Part shown: piece by piece, positions 39,494 to 51,524 of the stretch | How the letters are laid out: every line of letters begins with the position of its first letter | How positions within the stretch are numbered: position 1 is the stretch's first letter | Assembly: GCA_030704615.1 (NCBI GenBank) | Contig: CM060731.1 | Location: forward strand, 81,158,001 to 81,222,000 | DNA from: Takakia lepidozioides | Lineage: Eukaryota; Plantae; Bryophyta | Direction: 5' to 3' | DNA: 64,000 bases | Notes under the pieces: model-generated | The model's input: only the letters and a program-made list of their open reading frames with translations | What the model was told of the DNA's origin: nothing | Databases searched by the model: none | Translations under genes and position numbers: made by a program

Positions 39494-40984
39494 GTGTCTG
39501 AGGACCCTGAGGCCAGCAATGAGCAAGGTGGCGCCAAAGATATACATGAGGATTCAGTTGTGTTGGACTACCTCCGCACTGGAGACACTGCAGCCACTGT
39601 GACTGCCAAGGAGAGGGATCGGATCCTACAACGAGCCAAGAGGTTCAAGTGGGAGGGGACACACCTGCTCCGAATGTGGGAGGATGGTCGAGTGAGGATT
39701 GTGTCTCACCCAACACAGCGGGCACGGTTAGTGCGGCATGCCCATGAGGAGTTGGGGCATTTTGGGGTGCGACGCACTCATAGTCTACTGCAGGGGCAGT
39801 ATTGGTGGCGTGGTATGCACACAGAGGTGCAACAATTTGTGGTTAGGTGCATGGTGTGTGACAGGGTGCGTGCTTCATTCAACGCCCCTACTCCACAATT
39901 GCACCCTCTTCCGATCATGGGATTGGGCTACAGGTGGAGTCTTGACTTCGCAGGGCCATTGCCACTGACCATGCGTCACAACAAGTATGTGTTGGTGATG
40001 GTGGAGCACTTCTCCAAGTGGATTGAGTTGGTTCCATTGCCTGATAAGGCTAGTGAGGGAGCTGCGGATGCATTCTTGGATTGTGTGCTTAGCCGATTCG
40101 GTGCTCCAGCTGAGGTATTCACGGACCAATGGAGAGAGTTCTTGGAGGAGTTTCAGGCTTTGTGTGACAAGGCCTTGATAGACCACCGCACCACTTCTAG
40201 GGATCATCCTGAGGCTGATGGCTTGGCAGAGAGAGTTGTTCAGACAGTAAAGAGGGGTTTGCGCAAGTATGGCTTGCAAAATGGACACCTAGGAGATTGG
40301 GACCTTCAGTTACCCTGGTTAGCCATGGGCTACAGGTTCAGCAAGCAAGCATCACTTGCCTCCTTCTCACCATATTTTCTTCTCTTTGGCCGAGAGCCGG
40401 ATTTGTCTGCATCCATTCGCAGAGAAGCTGCTGCAGTTCTTAACCTTGACGATCCGGACGTGTGGGCACGTGCATGTGAGCAGCGTGCGGAGTTGTTCAA
40501 GAAAGTCATGCCCATGGCTTTCGAAAACCTTGTCATCGCACAACACCGTGATACGTTGAGGTATGCTACCATACGTGGTGGGGGCTATCGTCCTGGGGTT
40601 CGGAGATTCAACCCTGGTGACTATGTTTACCTGCAGCAAACTGCTCTTACGACCTTGGATGTGACTGCAGGACGTGTTATTTTGAGGGTTCGAGAGGTCT
40701 TGCCCTCAGGCGTCTTGGTCTTGGAGGGTCGGGATGGCATAACTTGGAAGGACCATGTGCGTAATTGTGCGCCATGTCACCTTCCGAATGTCGATGGCAG
40801 GATTGACCCAAACCTGGCAGTGGTATCTGCAGGTTTGAGATGCATGTTGTGTGGGTCTGCTAGAGGGGCAGCCACCATGCTGGTGTGTGATCGATGCTCT
40901 AGAGGTTGGCATATGGGCTGCTTGACTCCACCTCTTGAGATGGTTCCGGATGGGGATTGGTTATGTCCACATTGCATTGGATAG
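39494..40984 (+). CDS. Integrase with C-terminal PHD finger
   Basis: HEELGHFG..CMVC zinc finger; SLDFAGP, TDQ and ADGLAER core; C4HC3 PHD CMLC..LVCDRCSRGWHMGCLTPPL..VPDGDWLCPHC. Confidence 0.93.
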   Translation: MSEDPEASNEQGGAKDIHEDSVVLDYLRTGDTAATVTAKERDRILQRAKRFKWEGTHLLRMWEDGRVRIVSHPTQRARLVRHAHEELGHFGVRRTHSLLQGQYWWRGMHTEVQQFVVRCMVCDRVRASFNAPTPQLHPLPIMGLGYRWSLDFAGPLPLTMRHNKYVLVMVEHFSKWIELVPLPDKASEGAADAFLDCVLSRFGAPAEVFTDQWREFLEEFQALCDKALIDHRTTSRDHPEADGLAERVVQTVKRGLRKYGLQNGHLGDWDLQLPWLAMGYRFSKQASLASFSPYFLLFGREPDLSASIRREAAAVLNLDDPDVWARACEQRAELFKKVMPMAFENLVIAQHRDTLRYATIRGGGYRPGVRRFNPGDYVYLQQTALTTLDVTAGRVILRVREVLPSGVLVLEGRDGITWKDHVRNCAPCHLPNVDGRIDPNLAVVSAGLRCMLCGSARGAATMLVCDRCSRGWHMGCLTPPLEMVPDGDWLCPHCIG

Positions 40985-41243
40985 TGGGAGTGGATAGAAC
41001 CATGGAGGGCTAACAAGAAACGCAAGGCCAAGCTACTAGGGGACCTTGAACACACGAGGTCTTGACTCAAGTTCATAGATTGCAAGACGGCGACTAACGA
41101 TGGGGCTACTCTTGTACCCGGCCTCTTGGTCTATAGAGTTTGAGTACAACAGGGACAGTGATAGAGGACTTAGTACGGCTGTGGCTATTACATCTTGTAA
41201 CTATCTGGAGGTAAAGGGACCTATCCACCAGCTAGGGGGGCGA

Positions 41244-41773
41244 TTGGGGCAGACTACTTTATTGTGCATATATGTGTGGTGTGGTTTGGACAGCGATGTA
41301 GTTATGTAGCGATACGTATGCGCACGACAGCTGTCAAGTTAAATAAGCACAGTGTGAAAACAACTAGAATAAAGCTAGTTATTTGTATTTAACACTTGGA
41401 TTTAGGTCAAGTGTTAAATCAGGAGTCAAGTTTAGTTTGACACCTAAACCGCCTTATCTTCACGAGAGCGGCAGTCGCGCAGCTCATCTCTCTCGAGTTG
41501 AGCTTGCGCGACCGAGCTCCTGCATCGTTTAGGACTGAGTGTGCTTATGATGGGAGTATAGGTTGTTGTGGGGTGGAGTCCCCATAGCTTGGGGTGCCCC
41601 TGGCTCGACTTCTGTTTTAACGAGTGATAGCGATGGATTTCATGTTGTTTCTGGTGTGAACAGTGTCTCTCTTAGCTTGTTCTATCATTGTGGCAGAATA
41701 CTTTATTGTGCATATATGTGTGGTGTGGTTTGGACAGCGATGTAGTTATGTAGCGATACGTATGCGCACGACA
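41244..41773 (+). repeat. 3' terminal repeat block B1-gc-A2-B2
   Basis: B1 (41244-41329) and B2 (41688-41773) are 86 bp with 2 mismatches. A2 lies between them. The B1/A2 junction is the palindrome GACAGCTGTC (41326-41335). Confidence 0.95.
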
Positions 41774-42710
41774 AGGGTTTGACGACATCTGGGCAACGGT
41801 GTGTGCAACACGTGTATTTTTGTGAGGATGACACGTGTATGGACACGAAGAGGCGTTGTGCACGTATGTGGAGCGGACATCTGGCGTGGCATGTGGGTGT
41901 GAAAAAAGCCATTCGGTGTGAGACCATCCACTGGCTGTTTTCACAGCTTCAGCAAGTTTGGAGGCCACGTGTTCTTTGGCAAACACCGCCACGTGGATCC
42001 TAAACGTACAAAGGGTGTGGACTTGTCCACACCTACAGAAAAATGATGCGACACCCTGTCACCTGGGCTTGACGACATGTGGGCAACGATATGGGCAACA
42101 CGTATATTTTGGAGAGGACAGCACGTGGCGTAATCTGCATGGAGTGGGTGTAGTATTTTACTGCCTATACTGTAGGTCATTCCACATAGCTGTGGAGCAT
42201 ACCATAATGGGTGTGAAATATCTACTGCTGATGTTGTAGGTCATTCCACAAAAATGTGGAGGATGCCACAGGCAAGCTGCGGTTGATTTCACATATTTGT
42301 GACGTCATGGTGTGCACAATTAATACACAGGCATCATGATCATATCACAAATCGTGATACTGTCCACACTGTCAGTTTCACAGTCCATGTGAAATATGAC
42401 TCATATACATAAACACAATTCCAAAGCACCACGACAACAACCTGCTCATGACATGTACAATTGACTAAGCATGGCCAGAACAACAGAAAGAATGACCAGA
42501 TGCAAGGGTGCTTCAAAGTTGGGTACGCCCTTCATTGCCCAAATACAGTTTAGTCTGAACATGCAAGTATTGCAGAGTCTGCACTACTGATCACAACCCC
42601 ACAATGTACCCAAATCCTACATTGATGCGCAAAATCACGAAGAAAAGGTGAAATCGATATGAAGTGGCGTTCAGTCAAAATTGCCTTCAAACTGAGGATC
42701 CCCCACAACC

Positions 42711-45700
42711 TCATGTTCGGGTCAGTTTGAGGAACTTGGCAGACCACAGGGCCGTGCTGCCTACAGTGTCACTGAGCATCACAACGGGAGGCCTAACATT
42801 ATTGTTGGGGTATGGTAGAGCAATATCTGCCCCATGTACTGCTTCAACCGAGACAACATGATAATCGGCATGAACGACATAAGCCTGCCAGTCAGTCGAC
42901 ATGCCCAATATATGGCCCACGCCTGCCTTCCGTTTGGGTGCATTGGGGTCAAACATTGTGACCTTGTCACCAACCTGAAACTGGAACAGCCAACACCACC
43001 AATGTGTGCCCTTGTCATTTGTTATGCACATGAAACAGTTATGGACAGGGAAAACGCGAGATGTCATCATATAGCCCTGCAAACAAAATACGGATGTACT
43101 TCCACGAAGGGAAACTTACAATAGGAGCCGGCACTTTAAAGCTTCCCATACAGCTCCCATCAACGTTGCTGGCAGCAAGTCTTGCGGACTTCTTGGTCAT
43201 CTTCACCGCAACAATTTCCTTTGGTGGCTTCTGAATCAATAGAAACCCACACATGTACACAGAATTCATGAACGGCCTGCAGGTATTGCATAATCAACTT
43301 GGAATAGCACAAGAATATAGGAACACGAGTACTTACCTTCCGAACAACGGCCAATTTTGTTGTTGAATCAATGTTCTTCCCTGCCCCAACAATAACCACT
43401 CATGTGCCCTTAGCCCCTGCCCCTATGTCTTGGGCACTCTGTCTAAGTTCACTGCCGGTGTGATCCTCCACTACAGGCACTCCCTTCTCAATAAGGGGGG
43501 ATAGGTCATCATTGGCACCATAATTAAGGCAAGGATCGTCACATGCCATTTTCTGAACTTTATCCTCACATGTGGCATCTTCTTCCACAATACTGCCCCC
43601 TTTCCTTTGTCCACTGCCTCCACTGCTAGGAGGCTGCTCACCTGTACTTGTCATTTCCACAGTAGCCGCAGGTGGGACAACACCATGAACAGGGGGCGAC
43701 AACTCACACACAATGTTTGATGCTGATGGAGATTCATCCCTCGGCAAGTCCAAACCGAGCTTCGCTGCCAATGCCATGTTGAACTTCTCTGTCTTGGATA
43801 CTGCAACGGCAAACATGGATTTCACTACCTGCAATTCCAATTTGTGCTCCATTGAGCTGGTCTCCATTGTATGTTTCCATCCTTCCAAGCCATCAAGCTG
43901 AGAAGCCAATGCTACAAGGCCCTGCCACAAATAGAGTGCAAATACGATTCAATACATCGATCGCACTAGCCATGCGAGGTAATTTATTGGCATATGTACA
44001 AGAAGGCAAAACCATAAATAATTGACAAGCACATCATTGCAACAAATGCAGGTGGGTTAGTTACTTACAGAACGGGTGGCCCCTGCTGAATCAGAACCAT
44101 ACCCCTTGTTGCTATTCTTGCTCCCCGAAATTTCGGATAGAAGTGGAGGACGACCACTTGTCTTAGCCTACACATGGACAGGATATGGGAATATTAGAGC
44201 CATCCTCTAAGAGTAAGATACAAATGACAAGACACCTCGCTACCTGAATATATTGGCAATGTCATGAGACAAGCAGATTTACCAGACATTCCTCAACGCC
44301 GCTAAGGCCACTGTGTCCAGATCTCAAAGGGGCACCAACATGCCCCCGTGCATGCTTGCCATTATCACGACTCTTTTGCCATTCGGGCGTGTTCCAATGC
44401 CTCACTAATTCTGCCCAAGTCTTGTCCGCAACATAGTGGGGCTTAGGTTTGCCACGGGAGTACACTTTTCTAAACAGTTTGATGCGCTGGTATTTAATGA
44501 CGCCTCCAATCTCAATTCGAAGTTGGGCGCCAATTATCCCAGGAGGTAAATATTCCCAATCATCTGCTAATAGTTCACCCACCTCGTCAATCAGACTTTG
44601 AGGTTGAAGATGGATGGGCACATGTTGATTTGCAAGATGCAGTGAGAAAGAAGAAGGGAGTTGCTCCGGCAGGTGTCTTCAACCATCCCTCCCCACGTCT
44701 TCAACCAACCCCGGATGGAAGAGGCCCTCCCTCCTTTCCACCTAACACTGGTGTGTTTTATCCCCCTGACATTCAGAGGTATGCACAGTATCAACAACAG
44801 ACTACTCATGTTCCAGCCGCCCCTGAAATTCACCCGCCCTTTTCTCAGTCCTACAATGCAAACAGCCCGTCAGGGGAGAACCGGTCATGTGCAGGTCCAA
44901 GTAGTCCTGCAGTTCCGTGTGGGGCATTTCAGCAAACTGGGGAAGCACAACATGCTCCTGTTCAGCATGGGCACTACCACGAAGGTGTGTGGTACCCTCA
45001 CCCCAACCCTCCCCCACCTGCGTATCCTCCCCAGGCAACGTATCCCAGAAGCCCCATGTATAGTGCGCCGCTGCATGGCCCTTATTCCACGCAGCCCACA
45101 GCTTCACCCAATTGCACCGCTTTGCGGCCTCTTCAATTTCCAAGCTCACTAGCTCCGAGCACAGGTTATGTTCCTGTCCACCCCACACCCCACGTTGGTG
45201 CGTGGCAGGGTTCATGTCCGCCCGCAGGGCCCCATGTTGCAGGTTGTGAGGGAGGAGAGGAGGCCCGTGATTCCAATATGACTCCAGATGCGCAACATTT
45301 GACTGGCAAGGACAGAGCCAATTTTTTGCGCAAGGCGAGGAGAGTAGCACGGAAAGGGTTGAAGGAAACGGCTTGTGCAAATGTGGCTGCTAAGCAAAAG
45401 AGATTCATAGTTGCCTGTGGCAAAAAGGGCCCATGTGGGGATGCACGGAATGACTGGCTGGCAGCATGTAGGAAGATAAAGCATGAACATCATGTAGGAT
45501 ACATCAACAAAAAACGCGCTCTATAATATACATACACTGAATGCAGCAGAAATCACACCCAAAATGCATTTAGGTCTGATCCATTGAACACGTCAAACGT
45601 CACTGGGGAAGTCCTCCTTGTATGTTTTGACCCTCTTTGGGGGTTCTTTGGGGAATCCCTTGTAGGCACAATCTGGCCCCGATGACCATCGTACATATCA

Positions 45701-48600
45701 ATGAGAGTACAATATGATAATGGCTGATAATGGCTTCACATATTATCAACATATGACAATAGATGGGGCAGGAAGATGGGGGAGGAAGAGTCGTGAGCGC
45801 CCCCTCTCGGACATGGCTGGCTGATGAGGCGGTTAGCATCGTGCTCCTGGGGGTTCCTCCTCTCCCACTACAATTTCTTTCTTGTCTAGACATGACACCA
45901 CAATATGCAGCCCCCTACCTGTCCAGGTCCCTCCCTCCCACAACCCCCTTTGCAATTTTTGGGTATTAAGACAGGCCATCACAAGTTTGAACCTCATGTG
46001 AGGGAGTCAGCAATCTGCAGAGTTGCATTGCATGCATTGCGGGCAAATACGTATACTTCATTAGGCGGAGGGCCAAATGCATCGAGGACAGGATGACAAC
46101 AACATAGTGCACTCACAGGCAATGAAAAAAGTAAGGAAGGAAGAACTTATAAGGGTTTAGGACAGACGCTAATTAGGCCCAACTGGTACCTCGCAATGTA
46201 CAGGAGTGGCTCCCAATGGCTTTTGGGACCAAAGGGGAAAAAAAAAAAAAACAGGAGCCAAAACCATAACCATAAGCAGCCCAAAATGAGGTAAATGGAC
46301 TGGTGCCTTATAATGACTTTGAAATGCATAAAGACCTTACGAGACCAAACCCTAAACTACGAAGCAGATACATTAAAATCAGGGCCATTACCATCTCAAT
46401 TACTGAATGAGACCAAAAGGAAAAAAACAATATTTATGTTTCCTGGGGATCTTTGAGAACAGATTGGGCTGAAAGCGGGAAACTTTACATTAACTGAGAC
46501 AGAGTGGGCCTTCTAATGTCTGTGAAAAGCTCAAAGAGCTTATGGACCAAAAAAGAAAAACCATAACGAAATTGGCACTTCAGCCACTGTGAAAAGCACA
46601 AATAGCTTGTGAGACGAAAAAGAAAGCCACAAGCAAAAGGAGACAAAGCCTCCGCCATTATTGGTCGCCATTAAGAAAAAAACACAAGCAAGAAGAGACA
46701 AAGCCAGTAGCCATGAGCAGCCCATAGGCTCGGCGATGAAGGAAGATGTGCATAAGATTGAAATCCTGCCTTCACAAAAGCTGCCAAGCATGAATGACCT
46801 CGTAGTATAGAGAACAATAAAATTAATGTGGATGGTAGCCAATGGGGAAACTCTGAAGAGGAGAGTAAAGCAGCAAACAAAACATGATATGAAATGAAAC
46901 GGTCCTTCAAAATCATTGTGAAGAGCTCAAAAGCTTATGAGACCAAAGGAAACCCACAAGCAAGAAGAGACAAAACCACAGCCATAAACAGCCCATAAGC
47001 AACTACTGTCTTGCATCCAAACACACACGCACGAGCAGCCCAAAGGTAACCCTCCTAGACATAAGCTCCCAAGCATTTCTCATGGCACAAAATGGAAAAA
47101 GATATAGAAAACTTTTATAACAGATTTGGGTTCCAAGGATAGACAGTAGAATCTCCCTTGTATCATGAGGTATAGAGGGCAAGAAAGTGGTGCTTCATCC
47201 CACTAGTGGAAAATGGAAAGAACTGCTGGGACCAAAAGGAAAAACAAATAAGAAGACGCAAATCCAGAGGCATGAGCAGCCCCAAAATATCGGGGAATGA
47301 CGGGATTCCCCAAGGGTCCACTCCAAATGCACATAAGCTGCCAAGCATTTCTGATGAGACCAAAGTGTACAAAAAATGAAAATAGGAGCCAAACCACATG
47401 CATGAGCACACCAAAAGCAACTACTGCAAAGGCGACGGCCAAAGGATCAAAGCTCCCAAGCATACAAGCATTGCTGGACTTTAAAATAGAATACGTCACT
47501 GACAAATTGGGTTCCAAGTAGTAGACAGGTCAATGTCCCGTGCAACTAGTGAAGTCCTTTCATTCCCCCCACTCATGTGCACCCATTTGAAAACAGAGGG
47601 GAGCACATTGCAGAAGCCCATTGCTTGCCATTGCAACTTCTTTACTTGGAAGATGTGACCCTTATCCCAACCGTGCTTGGGGCATTCTCATATCAAGCAC
47701 ATGAACCCTGCCAAAAACCTAAAAAATCAAAAAGCAAATGCCCACTTACCTCTCGTGGAAGAGGAGCTGGCCGTTTTGGTGCCCTCTGAGCATGCGTTGC
47801 ATTGGGAGGCTCGGTCAGTCCACATGCACCACTGATGTAGTTCTCCAAATCTGATACCTTGTCCACATCATCTCCATCCTCATCCTCCTCTAGGTCCTCG
47901 TCCATTTCCTCCTCCGAATCGTCGTCATCATCTATTTTGTAATCCTCATCGAGCTCCTGATCACGCTCGTCGAGTTCCTCTGCCTCAGAGCCCACCAGCT
48001 GGGGAGTCTCGGGCTCTTCCTCCGCCATCGAAGGTAATGCTAGTTCTTTCAAGCGCCCGCTTCGTCGAGGAGGCCCGTTCCACACAACTTTGGAGCTCCT
48101 AGTCGGCCGTTGTACACTCCTAGCTATGCTGCGCACACATTTCCAAAACCCTGTGAGAATCTTGCCCTAAACAAAAGGCGATCGTGAAAGTGCCATCACC
48201 ATCAAACCTATGGGGGGGGAAAGCAGTAGGGCTAATGTGGTGGGAAACCCCTACTCACTACCTGTGTAGCATGCATACTAACAACAAGGGTGATCTGCTC
48301 ACCTGCACGCAACGCTCCCAAAGTTCAGTTGAGACAACGTCTCCTTGTTGGCTGCTATGCGCCTCTCTCGCTCTTCCTCGTAGGCAGTGCATGGAGGGGT
48401 GTCGGGTGTAGAGGCCTTGGGTGCAGAGGGCTTGGGTGTGGATGTGCGGGAAGCCAGAGCAGTCGGGTAGGGTCTTCTTGCGGAGGTGGTGGGGGCGCGG
48501 GCACTATGCGCTTGGGGGTCTTGCTGCTGCGTGTCCGTGCCATGGCGGGTTCCTCCTCGTCGCTCAAATTGCAGTAATCGACCTCAAACAAGACTACCAT
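42711..48600 (-). pseudogene. CACTA accessory (TnpA/Ptta-like) multi-exon gene, with an internally inverted segment
   Basis: KPKPHYVADKTWAELVRHWNTPEWQKSRDNGKHARG..RSGHSG (Ptta/En-Spm-like) at 44262-44621. Further minus-strand exon-like ORFs at 42711-43930 and 47693-48600. Outer boundaries are uncertain. Confidence 0.6.
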
Positions 48601-48768
48601 GATCTACTGATCAAACAATAGAAGGAGCGCATGTAGGAAACAGAGGGGAGGTGGACCCGCCATACGAATATTCCAACGCCTGCAAGCCAGGCGTAGATTC
48701 CCCACATCCGAGCACTCGCTGACTTCCCACTTCAAAAACTACTCAAACCCAGAAGCGTTTCTTCATAA

Positions 48769-51524
48769 ATGAGAGAGGTCGGAACTAGAAACACCCGGCG
48801 CCACACTACGGTGCCCGACACTGACGCAAGACTTTGGCAAATCTAGGAACGACGTGCAACTAGACTGGGTCTTTCAAAGATAATGTGTCCCTGCAACGAC
48901 TGCCATGGGGGTCGACTCCAATTCGTGGAAACTGCCAAATTGCATTTGCTTGCCAACGACTGGGATCCACTGTTGGGTTATCCCATGGTGAGTGACGTGC
49001 ATCTCTCGCCTCACTTCTCGCAGACATAACTTAGGATGAAGCCCTTAGAATGCTAATGTTGAACGGTCCTCTACTGTACATGTACGGTGGACTACTGTAT
49101 GGAAACTAGCACGGTCAAATAGGAGATTCCATGTTTTATGCAACAAGTTACATTTTGGACAAGACTATACTCTTATACTTTGGAGGTGAACATGCAGGTG
49201 GAGAGTGTCGACTCCGAAGACGAAGACTTTGTGGAAGAACGTAGCCCCCCTAAGGATGATGTTCCGAGACAGATTAGCCCTGTTCCTGTTCGTGGTGGAG
49301 AGAATCTAGACCCCGACGTCGACATCATTCGCATGTTGCAGGAAACGTTTGCAGTTGCAGATAATGTAAAGCACCATTAATGAGGATGAAGGGCTTGGAG
49401 AAGACGAGCGCCATCATGATGGACAAAGTCATGGGGATGGGGATGACGGTGCTGCTTTCCAATTTCAGCATCAAGCAACCACACCTCTGTATGTTGGCTG
49501 CCCCACCAGCTGCTTGAGTGCGACGTTGCTCTTGCTCAATGTTAGTGCTACTCATGGTGTCACAAATGCAACGATGGATGAGCTTCTGAAACTTTTGCAC
49601 GGACATCTATTGCCTAAAGGGAACTTTTTGCCCAAATCTCATTATGAAGCGAAGAAACATATAACAAAAGTTGGGCTTGATTACGATAGCATCCATGCTT
49701 GTGAGAAGGGATGTGTGCTATACAGGGGAGATCTGCAGGATGCACCATCTTGCCCTAAATGTGGGGCGCCTCGGTACATCCCTGGCATGAAGACGTTGGT
49801 TCCACAAAAGGTCTTGCGGCATTTCCCCTTGATTCCCCGACTGTCGCGCATGTACAAGTGCAAGGAGATATCTAAGCTTATGGTGTGGCACACGGAGAAC
49901 CAAAGTCAAGATGGGAAGATGAGACACCCGCCTGACAGCCTTGCATGGAAATACATTGACGATACATGGCCTGCTTTTGCAGCTGAACCTCGCAACTTGC
50001 GACTAGGTCTGGCATGGGATGGTATCAATCCCTTTGGTGATAAATCAACAAAATGGTCTACGTGGCCTGTCTTGCTCATGAACTACAACCTTCCTCCTTG
50101 GCTGAGCACAAAGCCTTTTTTTTATGATGTTGACACTCTTAATTCTAGGGCCGACATCCGTGAAGAAGACCAATGCGGATGTGTTCTTGCAACCTCTGGT
50201 GGATGAGCTGACCGTGTTGTGGGAAGGTGTTAGGGCTAATGATGCATCTCGCAATGAAGGATCAAGGACCTTTGTCATGAGAGCCATTCTGATGTGGTCA
50301 GTACATGACTATCCTGCATATGCCATGCTAGCAGGGTGTGCAGTTGGGGGCTACAAGGCTTGTCCCGGGTGTGCGGGCCCAATCTTGATGCCAGGCACTC
50401 CAGTGCACTGAGCAAAATGGTAAACCAGGGGCACAAAAATTTCTTACCAGCAGGCCATCCATATAGACGCAATCGCAACCACTTCAATGGAGCCTCCGAT
50501 CACAGACCCCCCCCCCCCCCCCCCCCCCCAAGTATCCACTGTGGATCAGCTCCAAAATGCGGAGGAAAACGAGAGGTTCATGGAAACATTCGGCAGACGT
50601 CGCCGGAATGTGTGCCTGCCAAATCCCATGGCATGAGCGAAGGTCGATCCTTTGGAACTGCCATATTGGAAGGTGGGCATGTCTTCATTGTTTGTTTGTC
50701 GGCCGGCTGATTTCATAGTTGCATGGATACAATTGTAAGGATCATCACACACGACTTAGATTTCAGCCTAATGCAAATTGCATGAAGCAAGTTTGGAGTC
50801 GCCTATGTATGGCACATGTAGCAGCAATATGGTTGTTTCCATGAAAATGTCTGGCTTTTGTCTCTCAGGATATTGTCTGCAGCATGCAAGACTGGTTTCT
50901 TCCTTTTCCATTATTAAGATGTCATCTCTTGGCTTTACCATCAAAGTATACCATATTGATGGTGGTTCCATGATTGCAGGATTTGTGATACGGTATACCC
51001 TTGATGTTATGCACTGTGAAAAAAAATTTCTGAAAACATATTGCGCACCATATTGGGGGAAAAGGACACAGTAAAGAGCAAGAAGGACATGGAGAATGAG
51101 GGCATATGACCTCACTTATGGTTAAAACCCCACCCCGGAGATGGCAGGAAGTTGGGAAGCCGCAGAGGGCTCCTTACGTGTTGAATCGACAGGAAAACTA
51201 CTACCTTCTATGCAACTTTGGGTGCTCTAAAGACACCGACAGGGTATGGTGCTTCATTTAAGAAGCATATTGCTAAGAACAAGCTTTCACACATGAAGAG
51301 TCATGACTACCATCTACTGATGCAACAAGTTCTACCTTTGTGCATTCGAGGTTTGCTGGGCAAAGGTCCAAGGCTCGCAATCATGAAGCTATCTCGTGTA
51401 TTTCGCGCATTGTGCATGAAAACAGTGGATCCCGAGGAACTACCAGCCCTGAAGGAGGATGTGGTTTGTAACGCTTTGGTGTTGGAGAAAGAGTTTCCCC
51501 CTCATTCTTCGATCTCATGGCCCA
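48769..51524 (+). pseudogene. CACTA Tnp2/TnpD transposase, frameshifted and truncated by an LTR insertion
   Basis: MCPCNDC, IHACEKGCVLY..CPKC, LRHFPLIPRL, MRHPPDS.AW, RLGLAWDGINPF..STWPV..YNLPPW, DVFLQPLVDEL..LW, WSVHDYPA, LDVMHCEK, MKSHDYH.LMQ, EFPP.FFDLM. Confidence 0.93.

Larger units (their letters stand above)
33776..41773 (+). mobile_element. Ty3/Gypsy retrotransposon encoding C5 DNA methyltransferase, RT, RNase H, integrase and PHD finger, with split direct repeats (A-internal-B-A-B)
   Basis: TGTCA...CGACA termini with AGGG TSD (33772-33775 and 41774-41777). A1 33776-34114, B1 41244-41329, A2 41332-41687, B2 41688-41773. PPT at ~41234-41243. Confidence 0.92.
33461..51524. mobile_element. 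CACTA (En/Spm) transposon, interrupted by two Gypsy insertions; right part not in view
   Basis: CACTAGAAGAGAAACC terminus at 33461, followed by CCACGG/GTGGA subterminal repeats that continue after 41777. Tnp2 and TnpA-like genes lie inside. Tnp2 is cut at 51524 by an LTR. Confidence 0.85.

Noticed and set aside
33776-41773. DIRS/PAT tyrosine-recombinase element (because of the split repeats)
   Set aside because: It encodes a DDE integrase in Gypsy order with a PPT, TG..CA ends and a TSD. No tyrosine-recombinase motifs were seen.
44630-45526. Independent plus-strand proline-rich gene
   Set aside because: It is better explained as an inverted exon of the CACTA TnpA-like gene.
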